From Mobula hypostoma (lineage: Eukaryota): DNA of 64,000 nucleotides. Positions 25,120 to 37,455 of this stretch are shown here, in pieces. Within the stretch, counting starts at the first letter, position 1. Every line of letters starts with the position of its first letter. The stretch covers positions 114,268,001 through 114,332,000 of the forward strand of contig NC_086097.1 in NCBI RefSeq assembly GCF_963921235.1, written 5' to 3'. The position numbers and the translations under genes are program-made. Below the pieces are notes generated by a model that was not told the DNA's origin, ran no database searches, and saw only the letters and a list, made by a program, of their open reading frames with translations.

Positions 25120-25708
25120 TGTACGGGGCCTTTTTTATGTTAAATTTAAAATGGCTTCTTTGTTATGTTAAATGCTGAGAAAGTCTCTAGCTAGATATTT
25201 GCTTGGGTTAGTACAGATAGCAGGGTGCTATTAGCCAATGGGTGGTCATGTATCATTTTGTTTTTGGATGATAATGCTGTATCATATGACTGGGGACGGG
25301 GTTTTGGCGGGGAGTCGGAGGAGAGACGGGGAAGACGGCGGACGTGCGGCAAGGCTCTGGTTGATCACTTCGGGTGGTCCCGAGCCGTGAGTCGACAGGA
25401 TTTGGGTGGTCGTCAGGAATCGATTGAGCTCCAACAGTTGCGCGCGAAGAACTTGGACTTTGATAAGTCTTGGCACCTTTTTTTTTCATTACTTCCTTTT
25501 CTGTATCGAATTTATATTAATGTCATAGAATTAGTAATATCTATAAAGTGTACTTGGTAAAATGTACTGCGTGTGCTGGCTGATGATTGATGTTTGGGAT
25601 TGATTCGGGCGGCAGTGCTTCAGCAACCGACTCCGTGGGAAGCGTTGAGGCAGGTGCTGGGTGGGATTTCCCCTAGACATATACGAGCCAATATAACTGA
25701 GCGTTACA
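25120..25708. mobile_element. Solo LTR (589 bp)
   Basis: TG...CA ends (tgtacg...cgttaca), 4-bp TSD TATG (25116-25119, 25709-25712), CpG-rich, no coding capacity. Confidence 0.8.
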
Positions 25709-27368
25709 TATGGAAGGAAGGGAAACAAGCAGCAGTGTCATGCAACATTTAGAGACTAAAGAGGAGGAGGTGCTTGCTGCCTTACAGTGAATAAAGGTAG
25801 ATAAATCGCCCGGGCCTGACATGATATTTCCTCAGACCTTGAGAGAGACTAGTGTAGAAATTGCAGGGGCTCTGACAGAAATATTTAAAATGTACTTAGC
25901 CACGGGTATGGTGCCGGAGGATTGGAGGGTAGCTCATGTTGTTCTGTTGTTTAAAAAAGGCTCCAAAAGTAAACCAGGTAATTACAGGCCAGTGAGCCTG
26001 ACATCAGTAAGTAGGTAAATTATTGGAAGGTGCTCCGAGAGATCGGATATACAAGTATTTGGACAGCCAGGGTCTGACTAAGGATAGTCAGCATGGCTTT
26101 GTGCGTGGTAGATTATGTTCAATGAATCTTGAAGAGTTTTTTGAGGAGGTTACCAAGAAAGTAGACAAAGGAAAGGCTGTGGATGTTGTCTACATGGACT
26201 TTGGTAAGGCCTTTGACAAGGTCCCACATGGGAGGTTAGTTCAGAAGGTTCAGACACTAGGTATCTATGGAGAGATTGTAAACTGGATTCGAAATTGGCT
26301 GTGTGGGAGAAGACAGAGAGTGGTAGTGGATGGTTGCTTGTCAGACTGGAGGCGAGTGACTAGTGGTGTGCCTCAAGGATCTGAGCTGGGACCATTGTTG
26401 TTTGTTGTCTATATCAATGATCTAGATAATAATGTGGTAAATTGGATCAGCAAGTTTGCTGATGACACTAAGATTGGAGGCACTGTGGACAGTGAGGAAG
26501 GCTTTCTGAGCTTTCAGAGGGATCTGGACCAACTGGAAAAATGGGCCAGAAAACGGCAGATGGAATTTAATGCAGACAAGTGTGAGATGTTTCATTTTGG
26601 AAGGACAAATCAAGGTAGGACATACACAGTAAATGGTAGGGCACTGAGGAATGGGGAGGAACAAAGAGATCTGGTTCAGATACATAATTCACTGAAAGTG
26701 GTGTCACAGGTAGACAGGGTTGTAAAGAAGTCTTTTTGGCATCCTGCACTCATAAATCAAAGTATTGAGTATAGGAGTTGGGATGTTATGGGGAGGTTGT
26801 ATAAGACATTGGTGAGGCCAAATTTGGAGTACTGTGTACAGTTCTGGACACCTAACTATAGGAAGGGATATTAGTAAGATTGAAAGAGTGCAGAGTAGAT
26901 TTATTAGGATGTCACCGGGTCTTTAGGAGTTGAGTACAGGGAAAGATTTAACAGGTTAGGACTTTATTCCTTGGAGCATAGAAGAATGAGGGAAGACTTG
27001 ATAGAGGTTTATAAAATTATGAGGGGTATAGACAGAATAAATGTGAATAGGCTCTTTCCACTTTGATTAGGAGAGATAATATGAGAGGACGTGGCTTTAA
27101 GGTGAAAGCGGAAAGGTTTAGGGGGAACATTAGGGAGAACTTCTTCACTCAGAGAGTGGTGGGAGTGTGGAACAAGCTGCCATCTGACGTGGCAAATGCG
27201 GGCTCCCTCTTAAGTTTTAAGAATAAATTGGGTGCATGGATGGGAGAGGTCTGGAGGGTTATAGACTGGATGCAGGTCAATGGGACTAGTGGAATAATGT
27301 TCCGGCACAGACTAGAAGGGCCGAATGGCCTGTTTTCTGTGCTGTAGTGTTCTATGGTTCTGTGGTTC

Positions 27369-27510
27369 TATTGCACTATGATCTATTTTCTTTGCTTGTT
27401 GACATCCTGAATACTTACATGTTTCATTTTTATCCATCTGTTGTATCCTGCTGCTCTGTTTTGTATTCTAATAACTCTGTTGCACCTTTCTTTATGTTTA
27501 ATATAATAAT
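27369..27510 (-). mobile_element. R4/Dong fragment, upstream half (continuous with 20201 once the CR1 is removed)
   Basis: ILNIKKG...MDKNETCKYSGCQQAKKIDHSAI joins KGKLSTEFTSRL. TATTG is present at both junctions (20197-20201, 27369-27373). Confidence 0.7.
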
Positions 27511-28279
27511 TATTTTTCTCTATTTTTATAATTGCACAGTTTGTTATCTTTTGCACACAGCCAGTTGGTGCAGTCCTTCATTGATCCTACGATGGTTATT
27601 ATGTATGCCCACTAAAAATGAATTTCTGGGTTGTATATGGTGACATATATGTACTTTGATAATAATTTTACGTTTAACTTTGAACAGTGCTTTTCATTTG
27701 CCCATGATAAGCTCCACCTGCCAGACTCCAGCTGAAAATTGCTGCAGTCAATCCATCGATTGGAGTTGACTGTCTCTGCCAAAAATGCCATCTAGTATTC
27801 TAATTAGATTAAATGTGTAAATGTCATATGACTATTTTACATTCACAGTAGCAATTTACACTGTTGCTGTATAAAGTTTAAAATTTATATGAGGATGGGG
27901 AAAAAAAGGAATCAGCAAAGAGATATATTTGAAAGCCAGGATGAGAATTGGAACATGTATTCCTTTTCTCTGAAATTGCTGGTCATCCACTGTTCCAGCA
28001 TGGATCCGGAACAGATTTTCGCTAGGAGTTCATCTCCTATCAACTTATTATGGCTGAATGCAGAACAGGGACTGTCAGCACAGATATCTTGCTGGACTTG
28101 CAGAGTTACCTTACTTTCTTTTAATGTACTAATAGATTCCGTCCCCACCACCATCAAAACTGCCTCTGTGACAGAGGTCAGAGAGTTAGGAAGCCTATTG
28201 AAGATAACACTGCCCATGAGACTCCATGAGGTGCTCAATAGATCTCAATAGAGACAACTGCAACTGACTGGAGCAAAAA

Positions 28280-28720
28280 GATGCCTCTATCTGGACGCAT
28301 TAAGGCTTGGTATGGCAACTGCTCTGCAAGTGACCACAAAAAACTGCAGGGAGTTGTGGACAAAGTTCAGCACATCATAGGATCCAGTCTCCCCTCTATG
28401 GACGCTGTCTATAATTCTTGCTGCCCAGGTAAAGCAACCAGAATAATCAAAGACCCCACCCACCCTGGATGTACTTTCCTCCCCTCACCCATCAGGCAAA
28501 AGTTTACAAAAGCTTGAAAGCAGATACTACCAAGCTCAAGGACAGCCGCTATCCCATTATTATCAGACGCTTGAATGTACCTCTAGTATGATAAGATGAA
28601 CTGTTGGCCTCACAATCTACCTTGTTATGATTTTGTACTTTATCAGTTATCTGCACTGTAATTTTTTGGTAGCTTTTACACTTTGTTCTGCATTCTTATT
28701 CTGTTCAATTCAAGTTTAAT
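28280..28720 (+). mobile_element. Rex1/Babar-type LINE 3' fragment
   Basis: AWYGNCSASDHKKLQGVV...IIKDPTHPG is the typical Rex1 C-terminus. Confidence 0.7.
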
Positions 28721-28825
28721 TGTCACTCAACCATACATGAACACACAGGAATACAGTCAAACGAGACAGTGATACTCCAGGGCCAAGGTGCAAAACAAAG
28801 CGCCGACAGTTGCACATAGCACATT

Positions 28826-29147
28826 CAGTCAGCCCTCCTTATCCACGGGATCCGCATGCGCGGTTTCAACCAACCATGGATCGAGAAAACCCCGAAGTTC
28901 TCTCTCCAGCACTCGTTTATTGAGCATTTTTTCTTGTCATTATTCCCTAAACAATACAGTTTAACAACTATTTACATTGTATTAGGTATTATAAGTAATC
29001 TAGAGATGAGTTAAAGTATACAGGAGGATGTGCATAGGTTATATGCAAATACTACGTCATTTTATATAATGGACTTGAGCATCCACATTTTTTGGTATCC
29101 ATGGGGGGTCCCGGAACCAGTCCCCCGTGGATAAGGAGGGCCGACTG
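28826..29147. mobile_element. Tigger-type MITE (MER2-like), 322 bp
   Basis: TIRs CAGTCAGCCCTCCTTATCC / GGATAAGGAGGGCCGACTG followed by TA. Confidence 0.85.
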
Positions 29148-32049
29148 TACAAGATAGCAAGCACATGTAAAATATCAGTAAAATACAGCACGCAAAAAAA
29201 AATAGTCCAGGCACTGTGTCCATGAATGCCGCAGAAATCTGCAGTCGACCGCAAGACAGGTTGTCTCCTGCTGAGTGAGCACTGGGGGGGCAGAGGGCAG
29301 CACAGACTCCAGCCTGGATGCTGTGCCACACTGCCCCCGGTGGACCACACTGGCTTCAGCATGTATTGATTTACTTTATTCAGGCTCAATGCACTGTGTA
29401 GCGATTTGATCTGTATAAACGGTATGCAAGACAAGCTTTTCACTGCATCTTTGGACATGTGACAATAATAAACCAAAGGCATTACCAACACCCATGGGCT
29501 GACACCAACGCTGAGTGTTGATGCGCAAGTGGAAAGCCTATCCCATTTTTTTAACTAATACTAAGCACACAGGTGATGATTGACTGGGTGATTTAAACTA
29601 GGATATGGCAAGTAAAAGTTTAGATGCCCTCTGTATTCTAGCTGCTGGAACAAGGAGTTGGTGGAGTTTGTTAAGTGTGTTTGAGAAGGTTTCTTGACAC
29701 AATATGTAGATAAGCCTACAACAGGAGAGGATGTACTTGATCTGGTATTGAGAAATGAACCTGGTCAGGTGTCAGATCTGTCAGTGGGAGAGCATTTTGG
29801 AGATAGTAATCACAATTCTATCTCCTTTACCATAGCATTGGAGAGGGATAGGGACAGAAGTTAGGAAAGTGTTTAATTGGAGTAAAGGGAAATATGAGGC
29901 TGTCAGGCAGGAACTTGGAAGCATAAATTGGGAACAGATGTTCTCAGGGAAATGTATGGAAGAAATGTGGCAAATGTTCAGGGGATATTTGTGTGGAGTT
30001 CTGCATAGGTACGTTCCAATGAGACAGGGAAAGGATGGTAGGGTACAGGAACCGTGGTGTACAAAGGCTGTTGTAAATCTAGTCAAGAAGAAAAGAAAAG
30101 CTTATGAAAGGTTCAAAAAACTAGGTAATGATAGCGATCTAGAAGATTATAAGGCTAGCAGGAAGGAACTTAAGAAAGAAATTAGGAGAGCAGAAGGGGC
30201 CATGAGAAGGCCTTGGTGGATAAGATTAGGGAAAACCCCAAGGCATTCTACATGTATTTGAAGAGCAAGAGGATAAGACGTGAGAGAATAGGACCAATCA
30301 AGTGTGACAGTGAAAAAGTGTGTATGGAATCGGAGGTCATAGCAGAAGTACTTAATGAGTACTTTGCTTCCGTATTCACTACGGAAAAGGACCTTGGCAA
30401 TTATAGGAATGACTTACAGCGGACTGAAAAGCTTGAGCATGTAGATATTAAGAAAGAGGATGTGTTGGAGCTTTTGGAAAGCATCAAGTTGGATAAGTCA
30501 CCAGGACCGGACGAGATATACCCCAAGCTACTGTGGGAGGCAAGGGTAGAGATTGCTGAGCCTCTGGCGATGATCTTTGCATCATTAATGGGGACGGGAG
30601 AGGTTCCGGAGGATTGGAGGGTTGCGGATGTTATTCCATTATTCAAGAAAGGGAGTAGAGATAGCCCAGGAAACTATAGACCAGTGAGTCTTACTTCAGT
30701 GGTTGGTAAGTTGATGGGAAAGATCCTGAGAGGCAGGATTTATGAACATTTGGAGAGGCATAATATGATTAGGAATAGTCAGCATGGCTTTGTGAATGGC
30801 AGGCCGTGCCTTATGAGTCTGATTGAATTTTTTGAGGATGTGACTAAACACATTGATGAAGATAGAGCAGTAGATGTAGTGTACTTGGATATCAGCAAGG
30901 CATTTGACAAGGTACCCCATGCAAGGCTTATTGAGAAAGTAAGGAGGCATGGGATCCAAGTGGACATTGCTTTGTGGCTCCAGAACTGGCTTGCCCACAG
31001 AAGGCAAAGAGTGGTTGTAGACGGGTCATATTCTGCATGGAGATCGGTGACCAGTGGAGTGCCTCAGGGATCTGTTCTGGGACCCCTACTCTTCGTGATT
31101 TTTATAAATGACCTGGATGAAGAAGTGGAGGGGTGGCTTAGTAAATTTACTGATGACACAAAGGTTGGGTATGTTGTGGACAGTGTGGAAGGCTGTCAGA
31201 GGTTATGGCTGGACATTGATAGGATGCAAAACTGGGCTGAGGAGTGGCAAATGGAGCTTGATCCAGATAAATATGAGGTGGTTCACTTTGGTAGGTCAAA
31301 TATGATGACAGAATATAGTATTAATGGTAAGACTCTTGGGAGTGTAGGGGACCAGAGGGATCTTGTGGTCTGAGTCCATAGGACACTCAAGGCTGCTGCG
31401 CAGGTTGACTCTGTGGTTAAGAAAGCATATAGTGCAATGGCCTTCATCAATCATGGGATTGAGTTTAGGAGCCAAGAGGTAATGTTACAGGTATATAGGA
31501 CCCTGGTCACACCCCACTTGGAGTACTGTGCTGAGTTATGGTCGCCTCACTATAGGAAGGATGTGGAAACCATGGAAAGGGTGCAGGGGAGATTTATGAG
31601 GATGTTGCCTGGGTTGGGGAGCATGCCTTATGAGAATAGGTTGAGTGAACTTGGCCTTTATTCCTTAGAGTGATGGAGGTTGAGAGGTGACCTGATAGAG
31701 GTGTATAAGATGATGAGAGACATTGATCTTGTGGATTGTCAGAGGCTTTTTCCCAGGGTTGAAATGGCTAGCACGAGAGGGCACAGTTTTAAGGTGCTTG
31801 AAAGTAGGTAGAGAGGAGATGTCAGTGGTAAGTTTTTCATGCAGAGAGTGGTGAGTGTGTGAAATGGGCTGCCGGCGATGGTGGTGGAGGCGGATACGAT
31901 GGGGTCATTTAAGAGACTCCTGTACAGGTACATGGAGTTCAGAAAAATAGAGGGCTATCAGTATCCCTGGGTAATTTCTAAGGTAAGGAACACACATCAA
32001 AGTTGCTGGTGAACGCAGCAGGCCAAGCAGCATCTGTAGGAAGAGGTGC

Positions 32050-32085
32050 AGTCGACGTTTCAGGCCGAGACCCTTCGTCAGGACT
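32050..32085 (-). ncRNA. Minimal type I hammerhead ribozyme motif in the Penelope terminal repeat
   Basis: Minus strand reads AGUC-CUGACGA-AGG(gucucgg)CCU-GAAA-C-GUC-GACU: both core boxes, stems I and II, GUC cleavage triplet, palindromic ACGU stem III. Confidence 0.8.
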
Positions 32086-32377
32086 AACTGAAGGAAGAAT
32101 GAGTAAGGGATTTGAAAGTTGGAGGGGGAGGGGGAGATCCAAAATGATAGGAGAAGACAGGAGGGGGAGGGATAGAGCCAAGAGCTGGACAGGTGATAGG
32201 CAAAAGGGGATACGAGAGGATCATGGGACAGGAGGTCCGGGAAGAAAGATGGGGGGGGGGACCCAGAGGATGGGCAAGAGGTATATTCAGAGGGACAGAG
32301 GGAGAAAAAGGAGAGTGAGAGAAAGAATGTGTGCATAAAAATGAGTAACAAATGGGGTACGAGGGGGAGGTGGGACC

Positions 32378-34266
32378 TTAGCGGAAGTTAGAGAAGTCGA
32401 TGTTCATGCCATCAGGTTGGAGGCTACCCAGACGGAATATAAGGTGTTGTTCCTCCAACCTGAGTGTGGCTTCATCTTTACAGTAGAGGAGGCCGTGGAT
32501 AGACATGTCAGAATGGGAATGGGAAGTGGAATTAAAATGTGTGGCCACTGGGAGATCCTGCTTTCTCTGGCGGACAGAGCGTAGATGTTCAGCAAAGCGG
32601 TCTCCCAGTCTGCGTCGGGTCTCGCCAATATATAAAAGGCCACATCGGGAGCACCGGACGCAGTATATCACCGCAGTCGACTCACAGGTGAAGTGTTGCC
32701 TCACCTGGAAGGACTGTTTGGGGCCCTGAATGGTGGTAAGGGAGGAAGTGTAAGGGCATGTGTAGCACTTGTTCCGCTTACATGGATAAGTGCCAGGAGG
32801 GAGATCAGTGGGGAGGGATGGGGGGGACGAATGGACAAGGGAGTTGTGTAGGGAGCGATCCCTGCGGAATGCAGAGAGAGGCGGGGAGGGAAAGATGTGC
32901 TTAGTGGTGGGATCCCGTTGGAGGTGGCGGAAGTTACGGAGAATAATATGTTGGACCCGGAGGCTGGTGGGGTGGTAGGTGAGGACCAGGGGAACCCTAT
33001 TCCTGGTGGGGTGGCAGGAGGATGGAGTGAGAGCAGATGTACGTGAAATGGGGGAGATGCGTTTAAGAGCAGAGTTGATAGTGGAGGAAGGGAAGCCCCT
33101 TTCTTTAAAAAAGGAAGACATCTCCCTCGTCCTAGAATGAAAAGCCTCATCCTGAGAGCAGATGCGGCGGAGACGGAGGAATTGCGAGAAGAGGATGGAG
33201 TTTTTGCAAGAGACAGGGTGAGAAGAGGAATAGTCCAGATAGCTGTGAGAGTCAGTAGGCTTATAGTAGACATCAGTGGATAAGCTGTCTCCAGAGACAG
33301 AGACAGAAAGATCTAGAAAGGGGAGGGAGGTGTCGGAAATGGACCAGGTAAACTTGAGGGCAGGGTGAAAGTTGGAGGCAAAGTTAATAAAGTCAATGAG
33401 TTCTGCATGCGTGCAGGAAGCAGCGCCAATGCAGTCGTCGATGTAGCGAAGGAAAAGTGGGGGACAGATACCAGAATAGGCACGGAACATAGATTGTTCC
33501 ACAAAGCCAACAAAAAGGCAGGCATAGCTAGGACCCATACAGGTGCCCATAGCTACACCTTTAGTTTGGAGGAAGTGGGAGGAGCCAAAGGAGAAATTAT
33601 TAAGAGTAAGGACTAATTCCGGTAGACGGAGCAGAGTGGTGGTAGAGGGGAACTGATTAGGTCTGGCATCCAAAAAGAAGCGTAGAGCTTTGAGACCTTC
33701 CTGATGGGGGATGGAAGTATATAAGGACTGGACATCCATGGTGAAAATAAAGCGGTGGGGGCCAGGGAACTTAAAATCATCGAAAAGTTTAAGAGCGTGA
33801 GAAGTGTCACGAACATAGGTCGGAAGGGATTAAACAAGGGGTGTTAAAACAGTGTCGAGGTATGCAGAAATGAATTCGGTGGGGCAGGAGCAAGCTGAGA
33901 CAATAGGTCGGCCAGGACAGGCAGGTTTGTGGATCTTGGGTAGGAGGTAGAAACGGGAAGTGCGGGGTGTGGGAACTATAAGGTTGGTAGCAGTGGATGG
34001 GAGATCCTCTGAGCGGATAAAGTCGGTGATGGTGTGGGAGACAATGGCCTGGTGCTCCTTAGTGGGGTCACGATCGAGGGGTAAATAAGAGGAGGTATCC
34101 GCGAGTTGTCGCTGTGCCTCGGCAAGGTAGAGGTCAGTACGCCAGACTACAACAGCACCCCCCTTATCGGCGGGTTTAATTATAAGGTTAGGATTAGTGT
34201 GGAGGGAGTGGAGAGCAGAGCGTTCCGAAGGAGTGAGGTTGGAATGGGGACAAGGTGCAGTGAAGT
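32378..34266 (-). pseudogene. Penelope RT/GIY-YIG endonuclease ORF, 5'-truncated, one in-frame stop (33830-33832)
   Basis: IKPADKGGA, LPKIHK.ACPGRPIV, DVQSLYT, GVAMG, RYIDD, CKRNKCYTC, VIYCVRC...LYIGET.R. Confidence 0.92.
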
Positions 34267-34354
34267 CAAGACAGTTCTAAGGTAAGGACATGTTTGGCAC
34301 AGCATTGTGGGCCAAAGGGCCTGTATTGTGCTGTAGGTTTTCTATGTTTTCTAG

Positions 34355-36555
34355 ATGTACCATGGAGCGCATCACCATCTGGTATGGGGGGGGGGGGTGT
34401 GGTGCTATTGCACAGGATCAAAGTAAGCTGCAGAGAGTTATAAGATTCGTCAGCTCCATCATGGGTACTGGCCTCTGTAGTATCCAAATACTACAAAGAT
34501 CAGTGACTCAGGAAAGCGGCTTCCATTATCAAAAATCACTTCCACCCAGGACACGCCCTCCTCTTGTTGCTACCATCAAGAAGGAGGTACAGAAGCCTGA
34601 AGGCACAGTGATTCAAGAACAGCTTCTTTGCCTCTGCCATCCAAGTTCTAAATGGACATTAAATTGATGAACACTATCTCACTGCTTTTTTTCTTAAATT
34701 TCTGTTTTTGCACTACTTATCTTAACTATTTAATAGATAGATCCTTTAATAATCTCAAAAAGAAATTACAGTGCCACTTCAGCATTATAAGTAGACAGAT
34801 ATACAAATATTAGAAGTAAGAAAGAATAAAAAATAAATTACACCAGTCTAACAGGAAGGGGTCACCAGTACTCCAGCTATAGGTTGACTCATTATAAAGC
34901 CTAATCGTCGATGGTAAGAATGATCTTATGTAGCACTCTTTGGAGCAGTGCAGTTATCTTAGTTTATTACTAAAATGTTCCTCTGTTCAGCCAAAGTAGC
35001 ACGCCGAGGGTGAGAAACAGTGACAAGAATTACCAAGATTTTCCGTAGGGTCCTTTGTTCTACTACAGCCTCCAGTGTGTCCAGTTTGACTCCAGTAACA
35101 GAGCAAGCCTTTCTGATCAGTTTATTGAGCCTGTTGGCATAGCCCATGTTGATGCCATGACCCCAGCACACCACCGCGTAGAAGACTGTACTGGCAATAA
35201 CAGACTGGCAGAACACGTGAAGGAGAGGCTTGCATACTCCAAAGGACCTTCGTCTCCTGGGGAAGTAGAGACAACTTAGGCCCTTCTTGTACACAGCCTC
35301 GGTGCTCCACTCAGGTCTGTCATCCATGTGCACTCCCAGGTACTCGTAGATCCTCACCAGATCCATATGCCCACCACAAATAGTAACAGGAAGCAATTTA
35401 GTCTTCCTGAAGTCCACCACTATCTCCTTTGTCTTACTGATGTTGAGCTGCAGATGATTCAGCTGGCACCATATGTGTTAATATACATATATACAGTGTA
35501 CTCACCGTAATTCAGTTTTTAAAAAATATTTATTATGTACTGCTGCCACAAAGTTAACATTTCATGATATATGCCGGTGGAAAAGTAAGTAGTGAGACGG
35601 ATATTAAAATGTCTGCAAAAGCCACATCGGAGGGTTCAGGACTCAATGTTTAATTTTGCAACTTCCGAAAGCGACATCTGAAACAGGAGTAGGAGTAGGC
35701 CATTGATTCTCTTGATCCTCATGCTCCATCTTTTTATCTCAGTGTCACTTCCTTTTCAAAGTTTAAAGTAAATGTTATAATCAAAGTCTGTATATGTTCC
35801 CATATACAACCCTGAGATTCATTTTCTTGTGGGCATACTCATCAAATCCATAGAGTAATAACTATAACAGAATCAATGAAAGACTATCCAACAAGGGCAT
35901 TCAACCAGAGTGCAGAAGACAACAAAATATGCAAACGCAAAAGAAGAAACAATAATAATAAATAAATGAGCAATAAATATTGAGAACATATTGATGAAGA
36001 GTCTTTGAAAGTGAGTCTATTGGTTGTGGGAACATTTCAATTATGGGGTCAGTGAAGTTGAGAGAAGTTATCCCTGTTGGTTCAAGAGCCTGGTGGATGA
36101 GAGGTAGTAACTGTTACAGGAGTCCTGAGGCTCCTGGACCTCCTTCCTGATGGCAGTAGTGAGAAGAGAGCATGTCTTGGGAAGTGAGATTCCCTGAGGA
36201 TGGATGCTTTCCTGCAACAGCATTTCATATACAGTAGATGTACTCAATGGTTAGGAAGGCTTTACCTATGATGGACTGAGCCGAATCCATTATTTTTTGT
36301 GGGACTTTCCATTCAAGGACATTGGTGTTTCAATACCAGGCTGTGAAGCAGACAGTTAATATACTGTTCACTACACATGTATAGAAGTTTGTCAAAGTTT
36401 TACAAGTCATGCCAAGTCTCCGCAAACTCCTAAGGCAGTATAGGCGTTGCTGTGCTTTCTTGATAGTTGCACATACGTGCTGGGCCTGGGACAGGTCCTC
36501 TGAAATAATAAACTAACAATTTAAAGTTGCCAACACTTCCCACCTCTGATTCCTT
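34355..36555. mobile_element. Cluster of Rex1/Babar-type LINE fragments (+ 34355-34735; - 34740-35470; - 35755-36555)
   Basis: MVDFRK...YLGVHMDDRPEWS...LYFPRRRRSFGV...VVCWG and related C-terminal motifs. Confidence 0.7.
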
Positions 36556-36930
36556 GAGTACCCATTTCCAGCATTAATCGCTGATTCGTTAATGCCCAAA
36601 AATCTGTTCCTCTCAGCTGTGACTAATCATAGCAAATCAACTTCCATAGCTTAGGGGTAGAGAATTTTTAAATATTCAATTTCTGCAAGTGAAGACATTT
36701 ATCCCCAATTTAGTATCAATGGTGTACCCTTATTCTCAGTCCATACCCTGTGACCTAAACACCTCATTCAGGAGAAAATATTCTGCTTACATCTCTTCTG
36801 GAAGTCCATCAAGAGTTTTGTAAAAATCAAAGGGGGCTCCTCTCATCTTCCTAAACTCTAAAGATTACAATCGCTATCTACTCAATTGCTTCTCGTCTTG
36901 TAATCCCAGTATCCCAGTCTAATGAACCCT

Positions 36931-37455
36931 TCTTCTGATGATGATGGCTGGGTTCTTCGCTTGCAAAGTTCTAGAGGGAAAACTCTATCGTTGTAGGACT
37001 TTTCTTCCCGCCTGCGTGGGCTTAAAGTGAGGATCGGTGTACACTGACCGAATCCTCTCTTTAGGCCGGGGGACGTTTCACGGTGGCACAGTGAGATGCT
37101 AGACAGACTTCCTGGCAAGGTTAACAAGCCCCATCTGCCCAGCTTTGAAATCGGAGTTGTCTTTCTCCTAGACTGGCCGCCAACCAAGGCTGATGAGCCC
37201 AGCCTGCCTGCCCAGTTATACCGCTGAACACTCGGTCCAGCCATGACATAGCAAACTCAGTAAGAACAGGGACGCCAAGTGAAGGCGTTTCTATGGACAC
37301 AGTAGTGTAGGAGAGGCTGAATGCAAGCGACCTCACTTGCATGGCAAGCCAAAGGGAGGTCCTGCTGCAATCACTACATCTGGAAAGGAAAGGCTATGGA
37401 AGATGCTTCACCTTCCAGCAGGACGTCCAGCTCTGGGCTCACCTGCCCCAATCCT
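36931..37455 (-). mobile_element. Short non-autonomous RTE-like element inside an old CR1 fragment
   Basis: CpG-rich ~520-bp insert with an RTE-5'UTR-like motif (cagccttggttggcggccagtctaggagaaagacaactc) and a (CAT)n tail; assignment by resemblance. Confidence 0.45.

Larger units (their letters stand above)
20202..27368 (+). mobile_element. Near full-length CR1 LINE (ORF1 plus disrupted ORF2) hosting three nested insertions
   Basis: ORF1, APE endonuclease (CIYFNARSI, YYRPPNS, SSDHNVI), RT (KAFDKV, SKFADDTK) and a 3' tail ttctatggttctgtggttct. Confidence 0.92.
31990..34274 (-). mobile_element. Young 5'-truncated Penelope-like element with 14-bp TSD
   Basis: TSD TTCTAAGGTAAGGA at 31976-31989 and 34275-34288; RT plus GIY-YIG ORF; hammerhead-bearing terminal region. 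Confidence 0.95.
29654..34352 (+). mobile_element. CR1 LINE, 5'-truncated, with its 3' UTR split by a Penelope insertion (31990-34274)
   Basis: ORF 30213..31373 (RT: KAFDKV, QGSVLGP, SKFTDDTK). The 3' UTR resumes at 34275 and ends ttttctatgttttcta. Confidence 0.92.

Noticed and set aside
27889..28251. Overlapping ORFs on both strands in apparently unique DNA
   Set aside because: No recognisable domain or clear splice signals; length is compatible with chance.
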